64,000 nt of DNA from the NCBI GenBank assembly GCA_043798935.1, contig JAZDOC010000002.1:20874-84873 (forward strand). Direction: 5' to 3'. This document shows positions 1 to 10,533 of the stretch, piece by piece. The notes below the pieces were generated by a model, which had not been told where the DNA came from, did no database searches, and saw nothing but the letters and a program-made list of their open reading frames with translations. How positions within the stretch are numbered: the first letter of the stretch is position 1; each line of letters starts with the position of its first letter. The translations under genes were made by a program, and so were the position numbers. The DNA is from Patescibacteria group bacterium. GTDB taxonomy: Bacteria > Patescibacteriota > Patescibacteriia > UBA9570 > JAHJKD01.

Positions 1-804
1 ATGTTTTAAGTGTGTATTAGTTTTTAATACTTTTTCTGTTTGTGGCTCGTAAACCAAGCTATTAATTTCCGAGGCGCTAATTTCTATTTGATTAATGTCT
101 TTACTACTTTGAACAGCGGCGTGGCATCTATTTTCAACTAAAAAATCTTGGCTGATAATTAAATTAATTTCTTTATCAATGGCATAGTGATCAAAATATC
201 TTCCCAAAGACATGGCCAGCGAATTAGACACGGTTGCTTCCATAAAAGCGGCGACTATCAGAAGAGGTATAACAACTGCCAGAAAGCATCGCCCAAAAGT
301 GATCCAGGCGACTCGTCTTTTTTCTGAAGACAAAACCCGACTACCACCAATTAACTTAATAATTAAGCAAAACCCTAAAACAGCGCTTAATAAAAAAGCT
401 GGGATTTCAAAAATGCCATGAGGTATTAAAACAATTAGCGAGGTTATAAATGTACCGGGTGAAACCAATGATAAATGATAAGCAAAATTTAAAGTGACGC
501 CGATAATTATACCATTAACAAAAACAACCACTGCCGGTAATAAAATAATGCCAGTTAAAAACAATATTAATGTGACAATAAGGTTATTAATAAAAATTCT
601 AACGCCTAAAACAAGGGTCGAATCTGCATTATCGATTATGGTAGAAAATTTTTCACCAATAGCATTTATAATAGTGAGCTTAATATCAGTGGGCAGAAAA
701 CAGCCCAAAATAATACCCACTATAAAAAGAGTACTAATAGCGATTAATATCTTCTTACCGGCCGGATAAAAACTGGAAAACAAATCTATAACTTTTTTAA
801 TCAT
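1..804 (-). CDS. Stage II sporulation protein M (SpoIIM/DUF95) family membrane protein, partial (runs off left edge)
   Basis: ATG at 804 (minus). The frame has no stop in the stretches read, including 1-120. Hydrophobic translation with LIPHGIFEIP and LIVAAFME motifs typical of SpoIIM-family proteins. Absent from the ORF track, consistent with no stop in the window. Confidence 0.8.
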   Translation of the reverse strand, partial: MIKKVIDLFSSFYPAGKKILIAISTLFIVGIILGCFLPTDIKLTIINAIGEKFSTIIDNADSTLVLGVRIFINNLIVTLILFLTGIILLPAVVVFVNGIIIGVTLNFAYHLSLVSPGTFITSLIVLIPHGIFEIPAFLLSAVLGFCLIIKLIGGSRVLSSEKRRVAWITFGRCFLAVVIPLLIVAAFMEATVSNSLAMSLGRYFDHYAIDKEINLIISQDFLVENRCHAAVQSSKDINQIEISASEINSLVYEPQTEKVLKTNTHLKH

Positions 805-896
805 GCTCTTATTATACTATATTTATTGAAAAATCAATAAATTGTAAATAAACTGCTAAAATGATATAATAATTTACACTAATAATGATTTATTTT

Positions 897-1439
897 ATGA
901 AAAAAATTAGCCTATTTACCTTATTAATTATCGCCACCATAGCTTTTACAGGCTGTAATGACAATAAAAATGCTGGTATCGCAAACATTCCTTTCGCCAT
1001 TCTAGATAAAAACGATTTTACTTTGGAAGATGTGGCTAAAGTAATTGAAAGCCCCATGATTTTAGCTACCGACCAAGCCGATACTTTGGCAACGGCATAT
1101 AGCCAAATCCGAGAAAACGGTGATGCGATAACCATTGATTCAGAAAAAGAAATAGCTATATTAGTTTTTCGCGGTAAAAACGGCAATTGTAAAAATGCCG
1201 ACATAAATATTACTAAAATAAGCCGTGAGGGGAAAACGGTTAAAGTAGAAGTGGCGCTGGATGAAAACAAAGTTAAAGATGATTTGTGCCGAATATTAAT
1301 GAACCCTTATTCCATTGTAAAGCTAGATAAAGAAACCTTAAAGTATTATTCAGGTTTAAAGTTCGAACTGATTGACGCCTCTAACCAAAAAACACTTAGT
1401 ACTAAAAAAATTAATCAGATACCGGGTATATTAAAATAA
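897..1439 (+). CDS. Lipoprotein with PrcB C-terminal-like domain
   Basis: MKKISLF...FTGC lipobox. C-terminal pattern VFRG...INITKI...VKVEV...NPYSIVK resembles PrcB_C. Confidence 0.6.
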   Translation: MKKISLFTLLIIATIAFTGCNDNKNAGIANIPFAILDKNDFTLEDVAKVIESPMILATDQADTLATAYSQIRENGDAITIDSEKEIAILVFRGKNGNCKNADINITKISREGKTVKVEVALDENKVKDDLCRILMNPYSIVKLDKETLKYYSGLKFELIDASNQKTLSTKKINQIPGILK

Positions 1440-2419
1440 TGAAAGTCTTAGGCATTGAAACTTCTTGTGATGAAACATCGGCCGCAATTATTGATTATAA
1501 TCGAGGTCGTTTTAAAATATTGGGCGAAGTTATAAATTCACAAATTGCTCTGCATCGTAAAACCGGTGGCGTGGTTCCGGAAGTGGCGGCCCGTGAACAT
1601 GTAAAAAATATCATCCCTGTAATAACCTTGGCTTTTCAAAAAGCAGGCCTAAGCATAAACGATATAGACCGCATTGGTGTCGTTAGCGGTCCGGGGTTAA
1701 TCACTTCTTTATTAACCGGCGTAGAAACTGCTAAACATTTAGCTTTTTTAAGCCAAAAAAAAATCTTTGCCATTAATCATATTGAAGCGCATTTGGCGGC
1801 TAATTATTTATTGAATAAAAAAATAAATTATCCGGCGCTAGGATTAATAGTATCGGGCGGACACACGGAAATTGTTTTAATTACTGAAGCCGGTAGTTAT
1901 AAATTAATCGGTGCCACCCGCGATGATGCGGCCGGTGAATGTTTTGATAAATGCGCTAAAATTTTACGCTTACCTTATCCGGGCGGTCCAGAAATTTCTC
2001 GGCACGCTGAAAAAGGAACAGCTAATATCTCTTTCCCCAAACCAATGATAAACGCTAAGAATTTTGATTTTAGCTTTTCGGGTTTAAAAACTTCTGTTCT
2101 GTATTATGTGCGCGATCATAAAAAATACAACACTGATGCTGCGTGCGCTTCGATCCAGCAATCGATTGTTGATGTTTTAGTTCATAAACTTAGCTTGGCC
2201 CAAAATAAATTTAATGCTAAAACTATAATGTTGGCGGGTGGGGTAGCGGCAAATTTAAAACTGCGCCAAGCCATGAAAAAACAATTTCAAAATATTTTAA
2301 TTCCGGATTTACAATATTGCACTGATAACGGCGTGATGGTCGCCACCGCCACGGCTTTAAAAACTAAAGCAGATAATATATTTAAAATCAAAGCTGACCC
2401 AAGCTGGGAAATAATATAA
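1439..2419 (+). CDS. tsaD: tRNA N6-threonylcarbamoyladenosine transferase TsaD
   Basis: LGIETSCDETS, GGVVPEVAAREH, HIEAH, SGGHT, DDAAGECFDK, FSFSGLKT and TDNG motifs. Confidence 0.97.
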   Translation: MKVLGIETSCDETSAAIIDYNRGRFKILGEVINSQIALHRKTGGVVPEVAAREHVKNIIPVITLAFQKAGLSINDIDRIGVVSGPGLITSLLTGVETAKHLAFLSQKKIFAINHIEAHLAANYLLNKKINYPALGLIVSGGHTEIVLITEAGSYKLIGATRDDAAGECFDKCAKILRLPYPGGPEISRHAEKGTANISFPKPMINAKNFDFSFSGLKTSVLYYVRDHKKYNTDAACASIQQSIVDVLVHKLSLAQNKFNAKTIMLAGGVAANLKLRQAMKKQFQNILIPDLQYCTDNGVMVATATALKTKADNIFKIKADPSWEII

Positions 2420-2437
2420 CATCTATCCTTCTTATTT

Positions 2438-2477
2438 CCCCTCTCCACGAATGGAGGGGGTGGGCAAAGGGGGTGAG
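2438..2477 (+). repeat. CCCCTCTCC-GGAG(A/G)GGG..GGGGTGAG palindromic element, copy 1
   Basis: GC-rich hairpin in an AT-rich intergenic region. Homologous copy at 38401-38438. Confidence 0.75.
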
Positions 2478-2487
2478 ACAAAATAAT

Positions 2488-3459
2488 ATGATACACAACG
2501 ACAAAATTTACAACCAAATAATAATAGACGATCCTTTGATTCAAGAGCTTTATAATTCTAAAACTTTACAGCGTCTAAAAAGCGTTAATCAATACGGTGC
2601 CAGCGTCTATCGCTTTGCCCATCTTACCACTACGCGCTTTGAACACAGCTTAGGCGTTTATTTTTTACTAAAAAAGTTTAATGCTAATTTAGAAGAACAG
2701 GCGGCTGGTTTGCTTCACGACGTACCACACACCGCTTTCTCACATGTAATCGACTTTGTTTTTGGCGGTCCGGAAAATGCCAGTTTTCATGAAGAGTTTC
2801 ACGAATTCTTTTTACATGACAGCGACGCGGTACAAATTTTAGCTAAACACGGCATCGACTGGCATGATATTTACAAAACACATCTTTATAAACTATTAGA
2901 CAGGGACTTGCCGGACTTATGTATGGATCGACTGGATTATTTTTTCCGTGATATGTTTACGGATAATTCTATGACCTTAAAAGAAATAAATAAAATATTA
3001 AAAGATATAACGCGCTTTAATAATTATTTAGCTTTTGAAAACCAAACCACAGCAAAATTTGCGGCCAAAAAATTCCGCGAGGGCGACGACCGCTTATGGA
3101 GTAATCCTTTGCAAGCTACGCTGTATTATATGTTTGCGGAAATAATCAAAATCGCTTTATTTGATGATGTGATTTCTTTCCGAGATTTATTTTCAACCGA
3201 TGAAGCGGTTTATAAAAAACTAGCTTCCACTAAACACGTTAATATTAAAAGACGTTTAAAACAGATTACTTCTTTACAGGTAAAAGAAGATGTTAACAAC
3301 TACGACTATCATATTAAAACTAAAATTCGGGTAATTGATCCTTATGTAGTGCAAAAAGATAAATTAGTTCGTCTTTCCGTTCTCGACCCTATTTTCCACA
3401 AAGAAAACCAAGATTATATGGCTAGAAAACGTGAAGGCTTTTATGTTAAAATAATATAG
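2488..3459 (+). CDS. HD-domain phosphohydrolase (dNTPase/YdhJ-like)
   Basis: LQRLK.V.Q, TRFEHSLGV, LLHDVPHTAFSH and DRLDY motifs. ATG 2488 preferred over GTG 2473. Confidence 0.9.
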   Translation: MIHNDKIYNQIIIDDPLIQELYNSKTLQRLKSVNQYGASVYRFAHLTTTRFEHSLGVYFLLKKFNANLEEQAAGLLHDVPHTAFSHVIDFVFGGPENASFHEEFHEFFLHDSDAVQILAKHGIDWHDIYKTHLYKLLDRDLPDLCMDRLDYFFRDMFTDNSMTLKEINKILKDITRFNNYLAFENQTTAKFAAKKFREGDDRLWSNPLQATLYYMFAEIIKIALFDDVISFRDLFSTDEAVYKKLASTKHVNIKRRLKQITSLQVKEDVNNYDYHIKTKIRVIDPYVVQKDKLVRLSVLDPIFHKENQDYMARKREGFYVKII

Positions 3460-3460
3460 T

Positions 3461-6067
3461 ATGCCAAAAGAAATTTCAAAAGCGTATGACGCAAATTTAG
3501 TAGAAAAAGATATTTACCAAGCCTGGGAAGAATCAGGCTTTTTTAATCCTGATAATTTAACTGATGCCAAAGACGCCTATTGCATCTCCATGCCTCCGCC
3601 AAATGTGACGGGCATTTTACATTTAGGCCACGCGCTCGAAAACACACTTATGGATATTGAAGTGCGCTATCAGAGAATGCAGGGTAAGAAAGCATTGCTT
3701 ATACCGGGGACTGATCATGCGGCTGTCGCCACCCAAGCCCGCGTGGAAGACAATCTAAAAAAACAAGGCATAGCAAATCCACGCCAACAGCTTGGTCGCG
3801 ATGGTTTATTAGAAAAAATCCGAGAATATGCTGAAGATTCAAAATCGAACATTCTTAATCAAATAAAGAGAATGGGTACAAGCTGCGATTGGTCGCGCCT
3901 AGCTTATACTTTTGATGAAACCCGTTCTGAGACCGTCTATACTATTTTTAAGAAAATGTATGAGGATAAATTAATTTATAAAGGATACCGAGTGGTTAAT
4001 TGGTCAGTGGTTGGGCAATCAACTTGTTCTGATGACGAACTAGTTTACGTTGACCAGCCAGCAAAAATTTATACTTTTAAATATAGTGCTGATTTTCCCA
4101 TAGCTATTGCTTCTACGAGGCCCGAAACAAAATTAGGCGATACGGCCGTAGCGGTTCATCCTGATGATGAAAGATATCAAAAATATATCGGCCAGAAATT
4201 TATCGTTGATGTTGGTACTGTAAAACCATTAACAATAAAAATAATTGCTGATAGCAATGTTGATCCAAAATACGGTACGGGCGCAGTTGGCGTGACGCCG
4301 GCGCACAGCCAAATTGATTTTGAAATGTATGAAAAAAATAAAGAGATTGGTTTAATTCAAGTAATCGGCCAAGATGGCAAGATGACTGAAAATGCCGGCC
4401 AAATATACGCCGGCCTATCGGCAGTTATGGCCCGAGAAAAATTTGTTGCCTGGTTGAAAGAAAATAATTTATTAATTGAAGAAAAGGAAACTGAACATAA
4501 TGTTGGCACTTCAGACCGCTTTAAGGATGTTGTTGAAGCCTTACCCATGGAACAGTGGTTTGTGGATGTAAATAAAAAAATTCCGTCAAAAAACAAAAGC
4601 TTAAAAGATCTAATGCGCACTGCTGTGACGTCGGGCTTAAATAATGATGTTAGTAAAAAAATATCAATTCAGCCGGAAAGGTTCAAGCAAACATATATGC
4701 AGTGGCTAGATAATTTACGCGACTGGAATATTTCCCGCCAAATTTGGTGGGGGCACCGCATTCCCATTTGGTATCGTGATGATGAAATCATAGTAAGTGA
4801 TGTCGCGCCAGACGGTAATGGCTGGAAGCAAGATGAAGATACGCTGGATACTTGGTTTTCATCCGGTACCTGGACATTCTCTACTTTAGGCTGGCCTAGC
4901 GAAACTAATGATTATAAAAATTACCACCCGACAGCCTGGATGCAAATGGGTTATGAAATATTATTTTTCTGGATGGCCAGAATGATTTTAATGTCGGCTT
5001 ATGCGCTGAATGATATTCCATTTAGAAGCGTATATATTCATGGAATCTTGCGTGATAAAGACGGCCAGAAATTTTCTAAATCAGCCGGCAACGGCATCGA
5101 TCCTATATTAATGATCGATAAGTATGGTTGCGACGCATTAAGAATGAGCTTAATCAAAGGCGTAACACCGGGCAATGATGCACGTTTTTATGAAGACAAA
5201 GTGCTGGCTTCTAGAAATTTTATCAATAAGTTGTGGAACGTCTCGCGCTATATCATCATGAGTAGCGATGAAATTAAAATATCACAATTAAATATCAACA
5301 CTGTAGCTGATCACTGGATAATTTCAAAATTACAAAATCTAATTCAATCCACTAAAGATAACTTAGACAAATACAATTTCAGCCAAGCCGGCGAAAATCT
5401 TTACGATTTCATGTGGCGAGATCTAGCTGATTGGTACTTAGAAATTACCAAGTTTCAACCTAACCAAGAAATATTAATTTATATCTTAGATAATTTGTTG
5501 CGTTTACTGCACCCTTTTATTCCGTTTGTGACCGAAGAAATTTGGCAAAATTTCGATACGGATAAATTATTAATGATTGAAGCCTGGCCCGTGGTAGACG
5601 GTAAGCTCATTGATAACGAAACCGAAGCTGAGTTTAAAAATATTCAGGATATTATTATTCAAATCAGAAACTTAAGAACTCAATATAAAATTGCACCGTC
5701 TAAAATTTTTGCCGTCTATACCCAAGCTGATATTCATGAAAATATAAAACAAATTATTTCTAAACTAGCCAGAGTAGAAATTAATTGTGCCTGGACAGAT
5801 GCAAAAAATAAAATTACTGAAGTATCTAACGCCGATTATAAATTCAAAATTATATTAGGCGAATTAATAGATATTGATGCTGAAAAAACCAGATTGGCCA
5901 AAGAAATTTTTGCTCTGGAAAAATATACCAGCAGTTTAGAAAAAAAATTAGCCAATAAAAATTTTACAGCCAACGCCCCGGCTCAGGTTATAGAGCAAGA
6001 ACTGGCCAAGTTGTCGGAAAAAACAAAAATCTTAAAAGATTTAAAAAAGAGTTTAGAAAATCTGTAA
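3461..6067 (+). CDS. valS: Valine--tRNA ligase
   Basis: PPPNVTGILHLGH, PGTDHA, DWNISRQIWWGHRIP, KFSKS and the C-terminal coiled coil. Confidence 0.98.
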   Translation: MPKEISKAYDANLVEKDIYQAWEESGFFNPDNLTDAKDAYCISMPPPNVTGILHLGHALENTLMDIEVRYQRMQGKKALLIPGTDHAAVATQARVEDNLKKQGIANPRQQLGRDGLLEKIREYAEDSKSNILNQIKRMGTSCDWSRLAYTFDETRSETVYTIFKKMYEDKLIYKGYRVVNWSVVGQSTCSDDELVYVDQPAKIYTFKYSADFPIAIASTRPETKLGDTAVAVHPDDERYQKYIGQKFIVDVGTVKPLTIKIIADSNVDPKYGTGAVGVTPAHSQIDFEMYEKNKEIGLIQVIGQDGKMTENAGQIYAGLSAVMAREKFVAWLKENNLLIEEKETEHNVGTSDRFKDVVEALPMEQWFVDVNKKIPSKNKSLKDLMRTAVTSGLNNDVSKKISIQPERFKQTYMQWLDNLRDWNISRQIWWGHRIPIWYRDDEIIVSDVAPDGNGWKQDEDTLDTWFSSGTWTFSTLGWPSETNDYKNYHPTAWMQMGYEILFFWMARMILMSAYALNDIPFRSVYIHGILRDKDGQKFSKSAGNGIDPILMIDKYGCDALRMSLIKGVTPGNDARFYEDKVLASRNFINKLWNVSRYIIMSSDEIKISQLNINTVADHWIISKLQNLIQSTKDNLDKYNFSQAGENLYDFMWRDLADWYLEITKFQPNQEILIYILDNLLRLLHPFIPFVTEEIWQNFDTDKLLMIEAWPVVDGKLIDNETEAEFKNIQDIIIQIRNLRTQYKIAPSKIFAVYTQADIHENIKQIISKLARVEINCAWTDAKNKITEVSNADYKFKIILGELIDIDAEKTRLAKEIFALEKYTSSLEKKLANKNFTANAPAQVIEQELAKLSEKTKILKDLKKSLENL

Positions 6068-6104
6068 TATAAATAGAGACGCGATAAGGTTATATATAAA
6101 AGCA

Positions 6105-6132
6105 GCAGAGACGCGCCATAGCGCGTCTCTGC
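6105..6132. repeat. REP-like palindrome family A (G(T/C)AGAGACGCG-N6-CGCGTCTCT(A/G)C)
   Basis: GCAGAGACGCGCCATAGCGCGTCTCTGC between convergent valS and pilB. Related copies at 21870, 39730, 41082, 52070 and 52615. Confidence 0.9.
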
Positions 6133-6225
6133 TTATATACACTACGTATTATTTTATATACATCGCGTATTTTTTCGCTTTATTTTAAAAATTTTCAAGT
6201 TTTCGCGATTCTTTTTTTCGTGTTT

Positions 6226-8052
6226 CTAATCTTCACTGGCAACTCTAAATATTTCTTCCGGGTGTGTTTGGCCTTCGCAGGCTTTTAAAATACCATCTTG
6301 CGCCATGGTTAGCATGCCGTGTTTTTGTGTCACATCACGCATTTGGTATTCAGATACTTTCCCGGACAAAGTAATGGTTTCAATTTCTTCATTCATGGTA
6401 AAAATTTCATAAATACCAACACGGCCTTTGTATCCGGTTTGACTGCATTTATCGCATCCTTGGCCTTTATAAAATTTAAGCTGATTTATATCTGGTATTT
6501 TCTCGCCTGAATTTTCTGGTATGGATGCAAGCACTTTTTTTACTCTTTCTAATAATTCAAACGGCAACGCCACTTCTTGTTTGCAATATTTACAAACCCG
6601 ACGAACTAAACGCTGACCAATTACAGCGCATAAAGCAGGCGCTAATAAAAATGGCGCTACACCCATGGATAAAAAGCGGGGGATGGCTCCGGCCGCGTCG
6701 TTAGTATGAATAGTAGACAATAATAAATGCCCGGTTAAAGCCGCTTGAATAGCGGTTTCGGCAGTTTCTAAATCTCTAATTTCTCCCACCATTACAATGT
6801 CAGGGTCCTGACGCAAAATCGCGCGCAAACCCTTGGAGAATGTATATCCTTTAGAATGTTCGATTTGGCTCTGAGCGATTCCTTGTAATTTATATTCGAC
6901 TGGATTTTCCAGAGTAATAATTTTAGTATCGGTGTCGTTTAATTTATTTAAAATCGCATACAATGTAGTGGTTTTACCAGAACCAGTAGGACCGGTAGTA
7001 ATAATCATACCATCGGGGCGAGCAATTTCTCGCTCTAACCTTTTTAAGGGTTCAGGCCTAATGCCTAAATCATCAAAGCTTAATCCGACTGACGATGATT
7101 TTAATAAACGCATTACTACGCTTTCTCCAAAAGCCGTGGGCAGAGTCGAAACGCGAATGTCCATTTTATCGTTTGAAAGCGCAATGGTAATACGCCCGTC
7201 CTGCGGGACAGAATCAACATTTAATTTTAATCCGGAAATACTTTTTATACGACTAATTAATTTTGGCCAAATACTAGCCGGGATTCGAGCGCCGACTTGT
7301 AGTAAACCATCAACGCGATAACGAATGGCCACGTCTTTTTCCTCGGCTTCAATATGAATGTCCGATGACCCGACTTTCAAGGCCATGGCAATAATCATTA
7401 TAAAAGCATCGGTTAAGTTAACTTGGGCCAGCTTACTGGCAAACACACCATAATTAACGAGCTCATCTTGAAAGCGAGTAATGTCTTTTTCAGTGATTTT
7501 TAAATCATTATCGATTATTCTAATTTTAGCTACATTTTTATATAAAGCAGAGGCTAGTTCAAAGCTATGGCGCGACATTAAATATAAGGCAATATCAGCC
7601 CCGGGAAAACGTTTTTGTAAAAGTGAAATAATGCCATGAACATTTTCATTATCAAGGTTAATAACTGCGACTCTTATTTTATTTTCCAGCTTAAAAAAAC
7701 AAATAGCTTCGGCGTCCATGGATTCTTTTTCCGGAATTAATGATATAGTTTCGCCGCTAATAGGAAAACCTTTTAAATTAATATAACCAACGCCATTTTC
7801 TTGAGCTTCGGTTTCGGCTTTTCTTTCCAAATTAGAAAGCTCAATATCGATCATTTTTTCATCCAATGCTTGAGCCGTATCTTTAGCCTCTTCACTAACA
7901 TCATTTAATAATTCTAGAGCTTCAGCTTGAACTTCGCCTTTAGGTTCAGAAGGTGTTTTATCGTCTTTAGGCTTGGTCGGAGTAGATGCTAAATTTGCCA
8001 AATGCGAGCTGGCCTGAGATTGATGAATTAAATCATTGATATTTTTAAGCAT
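6226..8052 (-). CDS. pilB: Type IV pilus assembly / T2SS ATPase (PilB/GspE family)
   Basis: SDIHIE, PQDGR, TGPTGSGKTTTLY, LRQDPD, LTGHL, tetra-Cys motif and GYKGRVG. Confidence 0.9.
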   Translation of the reverse strand: MLKNINDLIHQSQASSHLANLASTPTKPKDDKTPSEPKGEVQAEALELLNDVSEEAKDTAQALDEKMIDIELSNLERKAETEAQENGVGYINLKGFPISGETISLIPEKESMDAEAICFFKLENKIRVAVINLDNENVHGIISLLQKRFPGADIALYLMSRHSFELASALYKNVAKIRIIDNDLKITEKDITRFQDELVNYGVFASKLAQVNLTDAFIMIIAMALKVGSSDIHIEAEEKDVAIRYRVDGLLQVGARIPASIWPKLISRIKSISGLKLNVDSVPQDGRITIALSNDKMDIRVSTLPTAFGESVVMRLLKSSSVGLSFDDLGIRPEPLKRLEREIARPDGMIITTGPTGSGKTTTLYAILNKLNDTDTKIITLENPVEYKLQGIAQSQIEHSKGYTFSKGLRAILRQDPDIVMVGEIRDLETAETAIQAALTGHLLLSTIHTNDAAGAIPRFLSMGVAPFLLAPALCAVIGQRLVRRVCKYCKQEVALPFELLERVKKVLASIPENSGEKIPDINQLKFYKGQGCDKCSQTGYKGRVGIYEIFTMNEEIETITLSGKVSEYQMRDVTQKHGMLTMAQDGILKACEGQTHPEEIFRVASED

Positions 8053-8101
8053 AAAATACTTTTATAGTGTTTATATTATAGCAGAAAAAAATAAATAAAA
8101 A

Positions 8102-8135
8102 AATGAAGGCGTGGTTACGCATCTCCGCCTTCATT
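8102..8135. repeat. Palindrome family B (ATGAAGGCG...CGCCTTCAT), probable terminator use
   Basis: Inverted repeat just downstream of the DHH-like gene. Related copies at 31091 and 43958. Confidence 0.7.
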
Positions 8136-8150
8136 ATAGTGTTGCTATAA

Positions 8151-9284
8151 TTAATTTTGCAGTGATTGCGACAGTCTTTCTAAAATAATTTTTTCAGTTT
8201 CTTTGGTGCCGAGATTTTTAAATTCTAAAAATGTAAAATCGGGCGAGCCCTTAATATAGTATTCTCTAAATAATTGGTCGGCTTTAATATAATGGACGGT
8301 ATTAATTAATACTTTGCTGCCAAAATCTGGCTTGTGGTAAATAATGAATATGTTTTTAGCATCAGGCGTGTTTACAATAAGCTCATCGATAACTTTCTCC
8401 AGTTCATCCTCAGTAGCGCCAGCTTCAATAAAATCATAGGCTTCGAGAACAGACCAGACAATATTGTGCTTAAAATCTTTTTGCAACTTGGTTAAAGCCC
8501 GGCCCCATAATTTCAAAGTATGAATGGATTTATTCTGATATAAATTTCTCACTATTTCTTCGCGCCGAGCGCCAGAAGAGATTAAATGCGATGCAATAGC
8601 TAAAGACCGAGGTGTTACCGAAGTGGTTTTAAAACTCTTGGTTTTGGAAATTATTCCAGTTAATAAATTCGTAGCGATAAATTCATCTAAAATTTTAGGA
8701 TCTAAACGTTGCAACATTTCAAAAATAATTTCCGAGGTTGAGGTAGCGGTCACTTCGACAATATTAATTTGGCCGAAGTGTTCATTAGCCGGGCTGTGAT
8801 CAATATTTATAATTGGAACTTTATAAAAAAGTTCTACATTGTTTTCGTAAATACTTCCGAGTGCTTCAAAGTCTGGCGCATCCAAAGTAATGATTAAATC
8901 AAAATTATATTCACCGTCGTATGAAGACACGTTTTCTTTACTAATAAACCCGTTAGTCGGTGTAATATAAATGCTCAAACGATCGCCGTGGGTTTCATAA
9001 TTTAATTCTTGCACTTTGGTTTTGCCTAAATCCACTGAAATAATGAACTTGCGCAAAGCTGAAATATCAGAAAAAATCTCTGAACTGCGTGGTAAAAAAG
9101 AATGGGTATGTGGTAAAACAAATTCTGAAGCCACAATTCTGGGCTTTTTGTTTTTCTTTTCCAAAAATAATAAAACAGCCAAACCCGAAGCAATTGCGTC
9201 AGTAGTTGGCGTTTGCGGCAAACAAATCAATATATTTTCACTTTTAGCAATTATATCTTCAAATTGCTGGTCAGCTTTTAACAT
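8151..9284 (-). CDS. DHH-family phosphoesterase-like protein (NrnA paralogue with degenerate motifs)
   Basis: DAIASGLA, DLIITLD, NIDHS (in place of DHH), ATSTSEI and LKLWGRAL. Shares motifs with the nrnA copy at 48743. Confidence 0.8.
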   Translation of the reverse strand: MLKADQQFEDIIAKSENILICLPQTPTTDAIASGLAVLLFLEKKNKKPRIVASEFVLPHTHSFLPRSSEIFSDISALRKFIISVDLGKTKVQELNYETHGDRLSIYITPTNGFISKENVSSYDGEYNFDLIITLDAPDFEALGSIYENNVELFYKVPIINIDHSPANEHFGQINIVEVTATSTSEIIFEMLQRLDPKILDEFIATNLLTGIISKTKSFKTTSVTPRSLAIASHLISSGARREEIVRNLYQNKSIHTLKLWGRALTKLQKDFKHNIVWSVLEAYDFIEAGATEDELEKVIDELIVNTPDAKNIFIIYHKPDFGSKVLINTVHYIKADQLFREYYIKGSPDFTFLEFKNLGTKETEKIILERLSQSLQN

Positions 9285-9370
9285 TTTCTTTATTAAATAG
9301 TAAAACAATGAATTTTCCTCTTTTTTGAAGGAATAGATTATCTTACTATAAATTCAAAATATGTCAAGGG

Positions 9371-9640
9371 TTATTTCCTATATATATAAGATAGCCAAAT
9401 TTTCTTAATATACGGCATTGTTAGGGTTGAAAGCATGAAAGCGATAGCCGGAACGATCGCATTTAGCCAGGGTTTATCAACATTGATAATATATAAGTAA
9501 ACTGCGATCGCAATATAAGTAAAAATCATTAAAATAATTTTTCTGGACCAGCTTGTCTCCCAAGCTTTATCGCCTTCGACTTTATTATTCCTAGATTTTA
9601 TTTCTCCTAGCTCTTTTTTAATTTGTTCTAAATCGTTCAT
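9371..9640 (-). CDS. Small conserved membrane protein (two TM helices)
   Basis: RNNKVEGDKAWETSWSRK followed by hydrophobic helices; normal coding appearance. Confidence 0.8.
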   Translation of the reverse strand: MNDLEQIKKELGEIKSRNNKVEGDKAWETSWSRKIILMIFTYIAIAVYLYIINVDKPWLNAIVPAIAFMLSTLTMPYIKKIWLSYIYRK

Positions 9641-9732
9641 ATACGTTTATTAGCTTACTATTGTATTTATCTATATAATTGTATCATTTACTAAAAAAAT
9701 AAACTACTGTAAGATAAATTTATTAAAATATT

Positions 9733-9761
9733 AATGTTATGATCGAGCTAGCCTCGATCAG
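9733..9761. repeat. Palindrome family E (AATGTTATGATCGA-N7-TCGATCAG), copy 1
   Basis: Flanks identical to the copy at 43118-43146, with a different 7-nt loop. Confidence 0.7.
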
Positions 9762-9780
9762 CGCGTCTCGATCGACTAAT

Positions 9781-10437
9781 ATGCTCCAATTCGATATACT
9801 AACAATCTTTCCTCAAATCCTCGACTCTTATTTTAATGAGAGTATTTTAAAAATCGCCCAAAAGAAAAATAAGATTAAAATAATAATTCACGATATTCGA
9901 TCGTTTGCCAAAGATAAACGCAAAACTACCGACGATACTCCTTATGGCGGTGGACCGGGCATGGTCATGAAAATCGAACCAATTCATGATTGCTTAAAAT
10001 CTATAAAACATAAGAAAAAAAGCAAAGTTTTTATTATGGATCCGGCCGGTGAAATATTTAATCAACAGACCGCCAAAAAATATTCGGAAAAATTAGATCA
10101 AATTATTTTTATTTGCGGTCGCTATGAAGGTTTTGATGAAAGAGTTTATAAACTAGCTGATGGTAAAATTTCTATCGGCCAATATGTATTATCTGGTGGC
10201 GAACTTCCAGCCATGATTATTACTGAAGCCATTACCCGTTTAATACCTGGCGTACTAGGGCATGAGCACAGCATACTAGACGAAACCTTTTCACCTGATT
10301 TAGACTATATAGAATATCCGCAATATACTCGACCGGAAACATACAAAATCGGCAATAAAACATACAAAGTTCCGCCAATTTTATTATCCGGTAACCATGA
10401 GAAGATAAATCTTTGGCGCAAAAAAAATGCTAAATAA
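9781..10437 (+). CDS. trmD: tRNA (guanine37-N1)-methyltransferase
   Basis: FDILTIFP, DDTPYGGGPGMVMK, ICGRYEGFDER, SIGQYVLSGGE and EYPQYTRP. Confidence 0.98.
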   Translation: MLQFDILTIFPQILDSYFNESILKIAQKKNKIKIIIHDIRSFAKDKRKTTDDTPYGGGPGMVMKIEPIHDCLKSIKHKKKSKVFIMDPAGEIFNQQTAKKYSEKLDQIIFICGRYEGFDERVYKLADGKISIGQYVLSGGELPAMIITEAITRLIPGVLGHEHSILDETFSPDLDYIEYPQYTRPETYKIGNKTYKVPPILLSGNHEKINLWRKKNAK

Positions 10438-10533
10438 TGTAACGACCTAGCTTGTCTAGGTCCGCTTACTTGGATCTTGTCTTGATTAAATAATGCTGTT
10501 GATAACTTGTTATTAATAAGATAATTTAAATAC

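Noticed and set aside
212-769. Plus-strand ORFs 212-421 and 494-769
   Set aside because: Antisense shadows of the SpoIIM-family membrane gene on the minus strand.
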